A stretch of DNA of 64,000 nucleotides from Macrostomum lignano. Taxonomy: Eukaryota. The DNA is taken from assembly GCA_002269645.1 (NCBI GenBank), contig NIVC01000001.1:1984001-2048000 (forward strand). Direction: 5' to 3'. Shown here in pieces: positions 34,151 to 48,085 of the stretch. The notes beneath the pieces were generated by a model. It made no database searches. It saw only the letters and a program-made list of their open reading frames with translations, and had not been told where the DNA came from. The translations under genes and the position numbers were made by a program. Every line of letters starts with the position of its first letter. The stretch's first letter is position 1.

Positions 34151-36304
34151 AGCTTGTTGCCACCCAAACTCACGTGACCAGAAGATCCTATCAGTTCCCT
34201 CGGGGCCATAAAATACGACAGGTGCGGTCATAAATCACTCAAAATCGCTACATAATGATTTATGACCTTTCGCGTAGGAATGACAAAAATTAATGAAAAA
34301 ATATACATTAGAAAGCTCTTATTAAGTAGAAAGTGAAGATAATGAAGAGAAATCGCTAATCGCTAATCCCAACGAACTTTTAGGGGTAAAAGCTGTCACA
34401 CGATTGAGTGAACACGAACAATAGGCCCTGACCTCATAAATCTTGATGGCCTGTCAAAATGATGAAAAAAAAGCTACCGCCCGCATCCTCTCAGACCATC
34501 TGGCGCCAGCCTCAGCATTGAGTGAGGCGCAGGTGGCTGTCAGACCAGCTTGAAAGCAATGATTTATGACCCAAAAGCCGATGTTATTATAACTACAAGT
34601 ATGGCAAAATCATATAACTAGTATGAATTCTAGGAAAATTACATAAAGAGAAGAAAAAATGCCCATATAGCCTGTTGTTAGTAGGCTAGCAAGTTTAAAG
34701 CCCATGTGCGAGCGTGAAGTTTGGAAAAAAGTTCGTCTTCATCATTCACATGCATGACTTGCCATAATTACATGTGTATATAAAAGTAACATTATGTTAC
34801 CATTTTAATTCTGTGGTTTTATTGCTCTGGTGGGCAGACGACCTCACGGCGTAAATGTCTTTGATTGCTACAATATGAGCACAGCCAATACTGTACACAG
34901 ACATGCACTCATACACACGCTCACACAGGGTGTATGAACAGCGGCCCTTAATTTTGACTTTCTAATCGTTCAGGCATGTACACACTCTATTGACTGAGGG
35001 TTTGCCCTGATGGCCGTGAAAATGAGAACCCCCACAATAACTCCCTGGGCAATGCTCGCGCACACAAGCTAGTCCCAAATGAATGTGGTCTCGAACGGAT
35101 TCAAATGACAGAGTGCGCTTTAATCAACAAAAGATTTCTGCGCGAAACCATTTCAATCTGGTCTACAAATATTCACTCCTGGCCGGTGTTACCCTCACAT
35201 TAACTTAGTTTTCGTTATTTTGAGCTGCAGGCTAAAACATGAAGTTGCATATTTATTCTACAACAAATGTCCCATTCCATTTCCAGCTTCTCTCTTAGTT
35301 CAGACTTGTCGACCCCTCCTCAACCACTTTTGCTCAAAAACTTTTCGACCGGCCGATTATTGCTGGCAGTCGCCCTCGCTGCTCTGCCCGATCCCATTTC
35401 GATCGGAGTCAATTTTTAGAAAGCCATCGCTCGATCTATAAGCGCAAAGCTGGTGCTAATTGAACATTGACGCTATAGCCAGCAATATTAATATTGAGCA
35501 GATGCTGAAATGAAGAGAAGATACATGCATAATCATACAGCTAATGGAACATCTCGCATTCGTTGAGGTGAATGGTTGCGTGCAGCAGCATCTTATTTGA
35601 TTCAATTAGCACCGCATTTGATCAGCACCTATAGTCTGACATTCATCTCAATGCCAATGTGCCTTCTCTGCACTGTCCAGTCACGAGTACACTTTGTACT
35701 TTTACTTAGACTTGAAAACACCTCTCCGAAAATTCGGACTTGAAATCCCCCAGAGAGATGGGCGGGAAAGAGCGTACGGGGGCGTTCCGAGAATTTTAAA
35801 AAGCTGATTTTTCGCTCTTTAACAAAGCAATTTTACCCGTGAACACAGCCAGTGCAGCAAATCTTTTCAGTAAATAATATTTCTACACGAGCAGGTACTT
35901 TTAGTAAGAACTGGTGTTTTTTCAGCTGTGTACTTTTAGCTTGCGCGGGGCCTTCCGTTTCAGTTTCGCTTGTTAGCATATAGCCAAGTGCGTGAAAACA
36001 GTTTCGTAATGTCATTAATGCGCTTGCATATATCGTGAAAACAATTGAAAATGTAGATTTCTTGTCAAAAATGATACATGGATGAGATGTAAATGTTTGC
36101 TTGTGCACGAACTGCTTCTGTTGCCCATTTTCCTGGTTTTATTGTATCTGAGTATAAGCAGTTAACTGATGCAGTGCAAACACTTACAGGTGGAGCTTAA
36201 AAACTTCCCTAATTCCATGTTGAGTTAATCTTAAACAGGTGACAAAGTCCTAGAGCATCTCTCTAGTCTGTACGCTTTTCCTGTCCCTTGCCCTGAATTC
36301 ATAA

Positions 36305-37555
36305 ACTACCCTATACTGAAGTCACAGACTACCCTATACTGCAGCCATAGACTAACTTAAATTGAAGCCATAGACTACAATATACTAAAGTCACAGACTG
36401 CCCTATACTGAAGCCATAGACTTTCCTATACTGAAGCCGTAGACTACCCTATACTGAAGTCATAGACTACCCTATACTGCAGCCAGACTATCCTTATACT
36501 GAAGTCACAGACTACCCTATACTGAAGCCGTAGACTACCCTATACTGAAGTTATAGACTATCCTATACTGCAGCCATAGACTACCCTATACTGAAGTCAT
36601 AGACTACCCTATACTGAAGTCATAGACTACCCTGTTGTTGTGAGCCCCGTCCTCCAGAGCGACGCCTACAGATGAACCCTGTTGGGAAGCTGCGACCCCC
36701 AGGTCCCCAGTCAGAGCTCCCGTCCCGTGTCCCAGGGAGAAGCAGGAAAACGACAGAGCAGAACTCACGAGCTTCCGCGCAAAAGCCGATGCAGTTCGCA
36801 CTTGCTATGTGCTCTGGTAGACAATTGTAAGTTTGTTTTGAAGTAGCCAACGATAGGACCAAGAGAACGCAAGGGCGCGGCTGCCCACGAGACAGCAAAT
36901 TCATTATATTTATTATCTGACCTACGTACGAGTACATGAATACTTTTATAACAAATGTACGGTACGGTAGTTGGAGGCGGTGCGAGGTGGCGTGATCAGC
37001 GTACGCATTGATTATTGATTGGAGGGGTGGGGCTGACTGGAATGGTTGGGGCGGGGCAGGAGGGCGAAAAAGAACACGATTGCACAACACTGTTACTGAA
37101 GTCATACGTAGACTACCCTATACTGAAGCTATAGACTACCCTATACTGAAGCTATAGACTACCCTATACTAAAGTGACAGTCTATCCTAAACTGAAGTCA
37201 CAGACTACCCTTTACTTAAGCCATAGACTACCCTATACTGCAGCGATAGACTACCCTATACTGAAGTCACACGTAGACTACCCTATACTGAAGTCACACG
37301 TAGACTACCCTATACTGAAGTCATAGACTACCCTATACTGAAGTCACAGACTGCCCTATACTGAAGTCATAGACTATCCTATATTGAAGTCATAGACTAC
37401 CCTATACTGAAGTCATACGTAGACTACCCTATACTGAAGTCACAGATTACCTATAGTGAAGTCACTGACTACCCTATACTGAAGTCATAGACTACCCTAT
37501 ACTGAAGTCACAGACTACCCTTTACTGAAGCCATAGACTACCCTCTAGTAGACTA
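36305..37555. repeat. 23-bp minisatellite (catagactaccctatactgaagt), interrupted by a solo LTR
   Basis: Units are visible on both sides of 36636-37089. Confidence 0.95.
36636..37089 (-). mobile_element. 454-bp solo LTR with TGTTGTG...CACAACA termini and a 4-bp TSD (CTGT)
   Basis: ctgt|tgttgtgag ... tgcacaaca|ctgt. A TATAAAA box on the minus strand at about 36945 suggests the orientation. Confidence 0.85.
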
Positions 37556-38467
37556 CCCTACCCTATAAATGAATGAGAAAATCTAATAATTGTATTCCTT
37601 TCTTCAATGAACTACTGGTAGTAGAAATATTAACATATTAGACTATAAAATATTTAACGTCGTTTATTAAACTTGTTACTGTAAGTAAAAATGAATGAAA
37701 ATGAGTGTAAAACATTCACTTTAGGACAAAATTTCTTGCGTGAGATGAGTTTATAAGAGTAAGGAGTGAAATTTCTATCATCTTTGCATGCATTCCGAGT
37801 CTTTTTTAGCTGATTTTACCCCTCTCTACCGTCTACCATCGTCTGTCTCCAACTCCAACTTCAAGTAAACAACTCAGTCACGGTTCAATAAGATTTGCTC
37901 AGACAATTCCCCATGGGAAGGGTGGCGCACGCATTGCCAAAGCAAATATGCGCCGGTGCCCGATTCCAGTCTTCCCTCGGTTGAGACTATCAATTCTATT
38001 TCTCATTCCACCGGCAGCCTTCTCATTTTTGCACATTATTTACGAGTAATACTAGTTCGTCTCTGTTGGTTTTTTGGTGGACTGCATCGAAATAGTTTTT
38101 TCATTTCGGATGAAATAAAAGTTCATCTTTGAGGTCAGGCTAATTGTGGAGTCGAGCAAATCTACCGGGGTTAGTCTTATCTGGTTCTGTGAACTAATAA
38201 ACTGCATTTAATCCCAATTATTTCTTTCACTCGTCGACCTCAAATTGCGTGCGAATAGCGACAGGGCTCTGACTGAATGCTGATGAGATGATGACTTGTA
38301 GGCCCTATAGGGCGTCTCACGTGATCTGCGCGCGAGCTCCCTACCACTCAACCGTTGATTCATTAATCTAATAGCTACGACTGATTGATTTTTTGCGCAG
38401 AGCTGCTCAGAAGCTTAGAGTCTGTTTATAAGGCCGGATTTTTTAAATTGAAAACTGTTTATGGTCC

Positions 38468-40700
38468 ACTGGTGTCTGCGGCTGCTGTATCTGAGATAAT
38501 TAGGTGGGGGGGGGTTCTGGTGTCTGCGGCTGCTGTATCTGAGATAATTGGGTGGGGTTTCCTGGTGTCTGCGGCTGCTGTATCTGAGATAATTGGGTGG
38601 GGTTTCCTGGTGTCTGCGGCTGCTGTATCTGAGATAATTGGGTGGGGTTTCCTGGTGTCTGTGGCTGCTGTATCTGAGATAATTGGGGGGGGGGTTCTGG
38701 TGTCTGCGGCTGCTGTATCTGAGATAATTGGGTGGGGTTTCCTGGTGTCTGCGGCTGCTGTATCTGAGATAATTGGGTGGGGTTTCCTGGTGTCTGCGGC
38801 TGCTGTATCTGAGATAATTGGGTGGGGTTTCCTGGTGTCTGCGGCTGCTGTATCTGAGATAATTGGGTGGGGGTTCCTGGTGTCTGCGGCTGCTGTATCT
38901 GAGATAATTGGGTGGGGTTTCCTGGTGTCTGCGGCTGCTGTATCTGAGATAATTGGGTGGGGTTTCCTGGTGTCTGCCGCTGCTGTATCTGAGATAATTG
39001 GGTGGGGTTTCCTGGTGTCTGCGGCTGCTGTATCTGAGATAATTGGGTGGGGGGTTCTGGTGTCTGCGGCTGCTGTATCTGAGATAATTAGGTGGGGGGG
39101 TTCTGGTGTCTGCGGCTGCTGTATCTGAGATAATTGGGTGGGGTTTCCTGGTGTCTGCGGCTGCTGTATCTGAGATAATTGGGTGGGGTTTCCTGGTGTC
39201 TGCGGCTGCTGTATCTGGGATAATTGGGTGGGGGGGGGTTCTGGTGTCTGCGGCTGCTGTATCTGAGATAATTAGGTGGGGGGGGTTCTGGTGTCTGCGG
39301 CTGCTGTATCTGAGATAATTGGGTGGGGTTTCCTGGTGTCTGCGGCTGCTGTATCTGAGATAATTGGGTGGGGTTTCCTGGTGTCTGCGGCTGCTGTATC
39401 TGAGATAATTGGGTGGGGGTTCCTGGTGTCTGCGGCTGCTGTATCTGAGATAATTGGGTGGGGTTTCCTGGTGTCTGCGGCTGCTGTATCTGAGATAATT
39501 GGGTGGGGTTTCCTGGTGTCTGCGGCTGCTGTATCTGAGATAATTGGGTGGGGGGGTTCTGGTGTCTGCGGCTGCTGTATCTGAGATAATTAGGTGGGGG
39601 GGTTCTGGTGTCTGCGGCTGCTGTATCTGAGATAATTGGGTGGGGTTTCCTGGTGTCTGCGGCTGCTGTATCTGAGATAATTGGGTGGGGTTTCCTGGTG
39701 TCTGCGGCTGCTGTATCTGGGATAATTGGGTGGGGGGGGTTCTGGTGTCTGCGGCTGCTGTATCTGAGATAATTAGGTGGGGGGGGGGGTTCTGGTGTCT
39801 GCGGCTGCTGTATCTGAGATAATTGGGTGGGGTTTCCTGGTGTCTGCGGCTGCTGTATCTGAGATAATTGGGTGGGGTTTCCTGGTGTCTGCGGCTGCTG
39901 TATCTGAGATAATTGGGTGGGGTTTCCTGGTGTCTGCGGCTGCTGTATCTGAGATAATTGGGTGGGGGTTCCTGGTGTCTGCGGCTGCTGTATCTGAGAT
40001 AATTGGGTGGGGTTTCCTGGTGTCTGCGGCTGCTGTATCTGAGATAATTGGGTGGGGTTTCCTGGTGTCTGCGGCTGCTGTATCTGAGATAATTGGGTGG
40101 GGTTTCCTGGTGTCTGCCGCTGCTGTATCTGAGATAATTGATGGGTTTTCCTGGTGCCTGCCGCTGCTGTATCTGAGATAATTGGGTGGGGGTTCCTGGT
40201 GCCTGCCGCTGCCGTATCTGAGATAACTGGGTGGGGGTTCCTGGTGTCTGCCGCTGCTGTATCTGAGATAATTGGGTGGGGGTTCCTGGTGCCTGCCGCT
40301 GCCGTATCTGAGATAATTGGGTGGGGTTTCCTGGTGTCTGCCGCTGCTGTATCTGAGATAATTGATGGGTTTTCCTGGTGCCTGCCGCTGCTGTATCTGA
40401 GATAATTGGGTGGGGGTTCCTGGTGCCTGCCGTTGCCGTATCTGAGATTACTGGGTGGGGTTTCCTGGTGTCTGCCGCTGCTGTATCTGAGATAATTGAT
40501 GGGTTTTCCTGGTGCCTGCCGCTGCCGTATCTGAGATAATTGGGGGGATGGGGTTCCTGGTGTCTGCCGCTGTTGTATCTGAGATAATTGGGTGGGGTTT
40601 CCTGGTGTCTGCCGCTGCTGTATCTGAGATAATTGATGGGTTTTCCTAGTGTCTGCCGCTGCTGTATCTGAGATAATTGAGGGGTTTTCATGGTGTCTAC
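38468..40700. repeat. 45-bp minisatellite, about 49 copies (ctggtgtctgcggctgctgtatctgagataattgggtggggtttc)
   Basis: Directly visible; 15-aa period in the ORF track. Confidence 0.97.
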
Positions 40701-41316
40701 CGGTGCTGTAACATGCAACATGCTACGTTGTTGCGAGAGCAAAAGTATTTTATCGAATTTTTTCTCGTTTTTTTTCGAGTCTTGCAGTTCAGTTCCCAAA
40801 GCAGCCTGACGAATCTTTTAAAAGAAAAATTTCATGCGCTTGCTTTAAAATTACTGTAATAGCCAGGAAACGACAGATCACAGTGAGCAGAAACAAAAAG
40901 CTTCGCGATTGCGTGAGTCTCGGAATTTTTAGAAAATTGGCACGGGAAATTATAGGCCGATCGCGTCTATCCGATAATTTCTGATTCGGCGAAAGCAGCC
41001 CCTTTCAGTTGCTAAAATCGCCCACTGGACTGGCAGCCCCAGCAAAGGTGGAATAAAGGCGATTGGCTAATGTTGATCACGAACCTTTCTGCTTTGTGGG
41101 AATTCAGACTCAGAAGAAAATACCTGTTCTTGCTGCATTCCTAATTATCAGGCACGCGACCTGGTTGGGCCACATTGCAGGCTGATACCTGCGGCAGTCT
41201 TCTGTGGGCGGCGATTTTGATCTGGGAATCTCCTTTCTGTCTGACTGCATGCATTTAGATATGCATACATGTACCAGCCTTTCAGATTAGTGCGCTCCTG
41301 TGCTTAAGCAGGATTT

Positions 41317-42425
<1,109 letters not shown>

Positions 42426-42950
42426 AGATAGAAAAATAAATAAAATCTGAAGGCTTTAATATGCAATCATTCAGTGCGAATGAAAAATATCGGCTTTTAT
42501 TGAAGGAGAAATGTAAAATTTTAATTATTCCAAACTACTAGAGCTCTCGGCATAATAGCGTCCAATGGAATGTGCATATTAATGAGCAATGAACAAACTG
42601 AGTCGTGGCGCAGGAACGCGAAACCATATGGTTTACTCGACGTGAACAGCTGAAGTAGGAAGACGCCAGACTCGAGTTTCTTAGAAACGAGCTGGTGGCC
42701 GGTTATGGAACGCGTATTTGCCGTATCGCCATGCAGGGCCTTCAGGATTTTCTAGCGCATTTGTCTATGGCTTTACGTTCTCGAGAGCTTACTCTATGCA
42801 CTACATTTATAGTTATCCATGTGCTTACATTTGAAATCTACTCAACAGGGTACAACACTCACTGATACAGATGAACGCTTGGCTAAATATCTGGTACACA
42901 GGTAGCAACAGCAGGTACGCAGCTTCTTCAAGCATTGGCGCCAACCGTTC

Positions 42951-45900
42951 TCACAGCTCAGTGGTCCGCACACCGAAGACCAGCGACTCCTCGTCCGGTA
43001 ACTCGTCTCCGTTGCCCGCATCGCCCGCCTCCAGCTGCCGCTGCCCGGGCGAGCCGTCAACATTTCCGCCGTTTTCGCTCCGGTCGATCCTGCCAGCGCC
43101 GATGCCGTCGCGACGTCCTCCTCTAACGGCGCCGCCCAGTCGTCGGCCAACCGTTGGAAACTGTTTGACAATGGCGTCTTTGAACGAGCCGCTGAGCATT
43201 GAGTAGACGATGGGGTTGACGCAGCAGGATGCGTAGTGAAGCGCGTTGGAGCAGATCTTCACCACCAGCATGGCGTTGTTCATCGGGAAGATGTGCCGCA
43301 GGCCGTTGTACCAGAAGTTGATGAGCTCAGTCGGCAGCCAGCAGATGCCGTACAGCAGAATGACCAGCATCACCATTTTGGTCACTTTGGTGCGCAGCCT
43401 TCGCTTGCTGACCTGCCGTTTCACTGAGGCATTTGGCCGGCTGTCCTGCACAGGTGGGGGAGTGACATATAACTGTGTTGGGATCACAGCACAGATTCAA
43501 ATCCCCAAATATCCCACAGATTGTTAGGATCACAGCATGCATCCAAATACCCAAATATCCCACAGACTTTTAGGATCACAGCATGCATCCAAATCTCAAA
43601 ACATCCCGCAGCCTCTTAGGATCTCAGCATGCATCCAAATCCCCAAATATCCCACAGACTGTTAGGATCACAGCATCCAAATCCCCAAATATCCCATAGT
43701 CTGTTAGCATCACAGCATCCAAATCCCCAAATATCCCACAGACTGTTAGCATCACAGCATCCAAATCCCCAAATATCCCACAGAACTGTTAGGATCACAG
43801 CATCTAAATCCCCAAATATCCCATAGTCTGTTAGCATCACAGCATCCAAATTCCCAAGTACCTAAAATGCTGCCAGAACAACATGCCCATTTCATTATCC
43901 CGCAATGGGCCCTCTTCCCCACGAACCTCAGTCTTCAGCTTCCTAACGATGAGGCAGTTCATGATCAGCATGGCAAAGAAAGGCAGCACGTAGGAGCACA
44001 GGAGGATCACAACCGAGTTGAGCACCCGGTTACGCTCCAACGCGAAGGCGTCTCGACAGACCAGGACTCCGTTGTCGTCCTCGACTTTGAACGCGACAGG
44101 CTGGGGGATGCTCAGAATGGCGCCGACTGAAACAGAGTGAGTAGCGAGGTGATCAGATAGAGGCCAGGTCAGCAATCAAGAGTGAACAGTGGAGTGCCAA
44201 GACTAGTGTGACAGGCCAATAAAAGGTGAATGCTACGGTGAATAGACTAAGCCGCGTTGCAAAGATTCCGAACTTTTCGTGCCGGAGATTGAAAGTGTTC
44301 TCAGCCTCCCCTAATCTGGCCAGTTTCCTCTCCATCTCTCCTCTTCTAGAAGAAGATAAGCAGCCAGATTTGCTCGAATAGAAAAGCGCGAAAGTCTGCT
44401 TGAAGCTCAGCGACTCTCTGTCGCTGGTCGCCTCATTCGGGATTAACTTCACGAGGTCCGCTTGGCGCCTTAAGTCTATCTTGAACCGGTTTTTAGCAAA
44501 ATAATCGAGGCTTGGGCCTGCACGACAGGAAATGAGTTGGACTTTCTCTCAGCTTGTGACGTCTGATTTGAGTTGGTCTTTTGAGAAAGGAATAAAATTA
44601 ATCTACCACTTAATATGGAAACTGATTTGCTGTACTTGCTGTGTAACACGAATGATAATTCGCAGGAGACCTGTGTGCACCCTGGCGAAACACTTTAGGG
44701 GACATCGTAACGCTAAGGCGACTCCTGAACACATACATGCGCGCAATGCAGTAAGCACCTCATGAGATGACTGCTCATGAGATGACCATTCATGAGATGA
44801 CCGCTCATGAGATGACCGCTCATGAGATGACCATTCATGAGATGACCGCTCATGAGATGACCGCTCATGAGATGACCGCTCATGAGATGACCGCTCATGA
44901 GATGACCGCTCATGAGATGACCGCTCATGAGATGACCATTCATGAGATGACCGCTCATGAGATGACCGCTCATGAGATGACCGCTCATGAGATGACCGCT
45001 CATGAGATGACCGCTCATGAGATGACCGCTCATGAGATGACCGCTCATGAGATGACTGCTCATGACATTCATCGGAAAGTAATCAGCGCTTCAAAACACC
45101 CACGATTTGCGAATCCAACTCTATTTTTAGCTGTTCATGGACTCCTAAGAACTATTCATAAAGGCATTACTTGTGATTGGAGTGCTCACGACAGACCCGC
45201 TCATGTAAAGCTGTCGCTATTGACAGCTCTTTTCAACACGGGCTGATTAAGAATGCTGGCTTGAGACAGCCTGAGATTGGCACATCCAACTCACTGAGCC
45301 AAGCGATCAGGCAGCTGGCCTTGGCTTTGGTCGGGTTGATCTTTCGGTTTTCCCACGGGTGCACGACGGCCAGAAACCGGCTGCAGGTCAGGCCCAGCAG
45401 CATGATTGCGGACGAGTACACCGTCATCTGCGAGTAGGCGGGGCGGCGTGGCCGGGTTGAAGGGGAAGATGAGCAGGGAAGAATCGGGAGCTCAATCGGA
45501 GTGAATCATAGGGAGCGGAGTGAATCTTAGGGAGCGGAGTGAATCTTAGGGAGCGGAGTGAATCATAGGGAGCGGAGTGAATCATAGGGAGCGGAGTGAA
45601 TTATAGGGAGCGGAGTGAATCATAGGGAGCGGAGTGAATCATAGGGAGCGGAGTGAATCATAGGGAGCGGAGTGAATCATAGAGATTGGATTGAATCATA
45701 GGGAGCGGAGTGAATTATAGGGAGCGGAGTGAATCATAGGGATCGGAGTGAATTATAGGGATCGTAGTGAATTATAGGGATCAGAGTGAATTATAGGGAT
45801 CGGAGTGAATTATAGGGATCGGAGTGAATCATAGGAAGTGGAGTGAATCATAGGGATTGGATTGAATCATAGGGATTGGATTGAATCATAGGGATTGGAT

Positions 45901-46898
45901 TGAATCATAGAGATCGGAGTGAATTATAGGGATCGGAGTGAATCATAGGGATTGGATTGAATCATAGAGATCGGAGTGAATTATAGGGAGCGGAGTGAAT
46001 CATAGGGAGCGGAGTGAATCATAGAGATCGGAGTGAATCATAGGGAGCGGAGTGAATCATAGGGAGCGGAGTGAATCATAGAGATTGGATTGAATCATAG
46101 GGAGCGGAAAGAATTATAGGGAGCGGAGTGAATCATATGGATCGGAGTGAATCATAGGGATTGGATTGAATCATAGAGATCGGAGTGAATTATAGGGATC
46201 GGAGTGAATTATAGGGATCGGAGTGAATCATAGGAAGTGGAGTGAATCATAGGGATTGAATTGAATCATAGGGAGCGGAGTGAATCATAGGAAGTGGAGT
46301 GAATCATAGGGATTGAATTGAATCATAGGGAGCGGAGTGAATCATAGGAAGTGGAGTGAATCATAGGGATTGAATTGAATCATAGGGAGCGGAGTGAATC
46401 ATAGGAAGTGGAGTGAATCATTGCAAACGGAGTGAATTATGAGGAACGGAGTGAATCGTAGAGATTGGAGTGAATCATAGGGAGCGGAGTGAATCATTGA
46501 GATCGGAGTGAATCATAGAGAGCAAGCGCACTTACGGTGACAACAAAGAAGGTGAACTTGCACAGAGCGGCCCCCAGAAGCCAGGCGTCGACCACGTACT
46601 GCAGGGTGGTGATGGGCACCGTCAGGGTGAGGAACAGCAGGTCGGTGAGGGCCAGGCCCGTGCAGAAGATCTCGTACACCTGCTTGCTGTCATTGCGCAG
46701 CAGCACCACCAGCACGAAGACGTTGGCGGCCACCCCGATGATGTCAACGCTGATGAAAAGCGTGACGGCCAGCACCATGTAGGGATCCAGGTGGTCGCCA
46801 CTCGCCTCGCCTCCATCGGCCGTCATGTTTCCCAGTGCAGCCACGGTGGTTGCGTTATCGAAGATCAGCTGCGGCTGCAGAGCTGCGGTAGCTGGCAT
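42951..46898 (-). CDS. Class A (rhodopsin-like) peptide GPCR, galanin/allatostatin-A receptor-like; exons 46898-46536, 45427-45295, 44126-43927, 43445-42951; 396 aa
   Basis: TM1 GVAANVFV, TM2 LALTDLLF, TM3 LCK...SRFLAVVHP, TM5 SYVLP, TM6 ICWLP, TM7 CVNPIVY. Splice sites gtaagt/cgcag, gtgagt/ttcag and gttcgt/tgcag give phases 0, 1 and 0 and one continuous frame. Confidence 0.92.
43465..43855. repeat. 42-bp minisatellite in GPCR intron 3
   Basis: cagcatccaaatccccaaatatcccacagactgttaggatca units; 14-aa period. Confidence 0.9.
44757..45065. repeat. 15-bp minisatellite, about 20 copies (catgagatgaccgct), in GPCR intron 2
   Basis: Directly visible. Confidence 0.95.
45495..46520. repeat. 19-bp minisatellite (gggagcggagtgaatcata) filling GPCR intron 1
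   Basis: Directly visible. Confidence 0.95.
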
Positions 46899-47227
46899 AC
46901 TTTCAGAATGATTTTTGCTCTTCAGTTTCGACGGGTTTTGGTGAAGAAGTTGTCTGCTCTGTCAGGAATGCGAGGCGGCTGACGGCTTTTTTAGCCAGAG
47001 CGCTGCAGAGCCGGCATTGGACCAGCGCTTCGAGGCCAATGGCATCCTTTCAGAGGGATGCCTGTTCTGTAGAAAAATGCATTGGCGAGATTGAAAGCTT
47101 TCAGTTGCTTTCGCACTAGACTAACAGCATTCCATTTTCTGAACGTCCAAGTTGCGAATTGAGGAGAAGTATTTGTGTTTTGTTCGAGGTTGATAATTTT
47201 GTCGAATAAAGGATCTCAGAAGGATCC

Positions 47228-47745
47228 CGGATTCCACTGAGGGGGATTCCATTGAGGGGATTCCATTGATGGGATTCCACTGAGGGGGATTCCACTGAGG
47301 GGATTCCATTGAGGGGATTCCACTAAGGGGGATTCCATTGAGGGGATTCCATTGATGGGGATTCCATTGAGGGGATTTTATTGATGGGGATTCCATTGAG
47401 GGGATTCCATTGAGGGGATTCCACTGAGGGGGATTCCATTGAGGGGATTCCATTGAGAGGATTCCACTGAGGGGGATTCCATTGAGGGGATTCCATTGAT
47501 GGGGATTCCATTGATGGGGATTCCACTGAGGGGGATTCCATAGAGGGGATTCCATTGAGAGGATTCCACTGAGGGGGATTCCATTGAGGGGATTCCATTG
47601 ATGGGGATTCCATTGATGGGGATTCCACTGAGGGGGATTCCATTGAGGGGATTCTATTGATGGGGATTCCACTGAGGGGATTCCACTGAGGGGATTCCAC
47701 TGAGGGGATTACACTCAAGGGATTCCATTGAGGGGATTCCATTGG
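47228..47745. repeat. 14-15-bp minisatellite (ggggattccattga)
   Basis: Directly visible. Confidence 0.95.
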
Positions 47746-47894
47746 GGAGGATTTCACGGACTGGGTTTTGTTACTATTTTTAGCCCTCACGTACCGTGGG
47801 ATCACCCAGAACGTAAAATTACATTCGATTGATAAAATTGAATGAAACTCGATAAAAAACACTCGTCTCATTTTGATATTTGGAATTCATGCGA

Positions 47895-48085
47895 CGCGTG
47901 AATCCAGTCGCGTGAATCCAGTCACGTGAATTCAGTCGCGTGAATCCAGTTGCCTGAATTCAGTCGCGTGAATCCAGTCACGTGAATTCAGTCGCGTGAA
48001 TCCAGTCACGTGAATTCAGTCGCGTGAATCCAGTCGCGTGAATCCAGTCGCATGAATCAATTCGCGTGAATTCAGTCGTGAATTC
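47895..48085. repeat. 14-bp minisatellite (cgcgtgaatccagt)
   Basis: Directly visible. Confidence 0.9.

Noticed and set aside
38385-40859. 794-aa minus-strand ORF and several plus-strand ORFs
   Set aside because: They are translations of the 45-bp satellite; frame switching follows G-run length and there is no unique coding content.
44153-44452. ORF inside GPCR intron 2 with weak LINE RT-thumb resemblance
   Set aside because: No diagnostic motif; it cannot be supported without a search.
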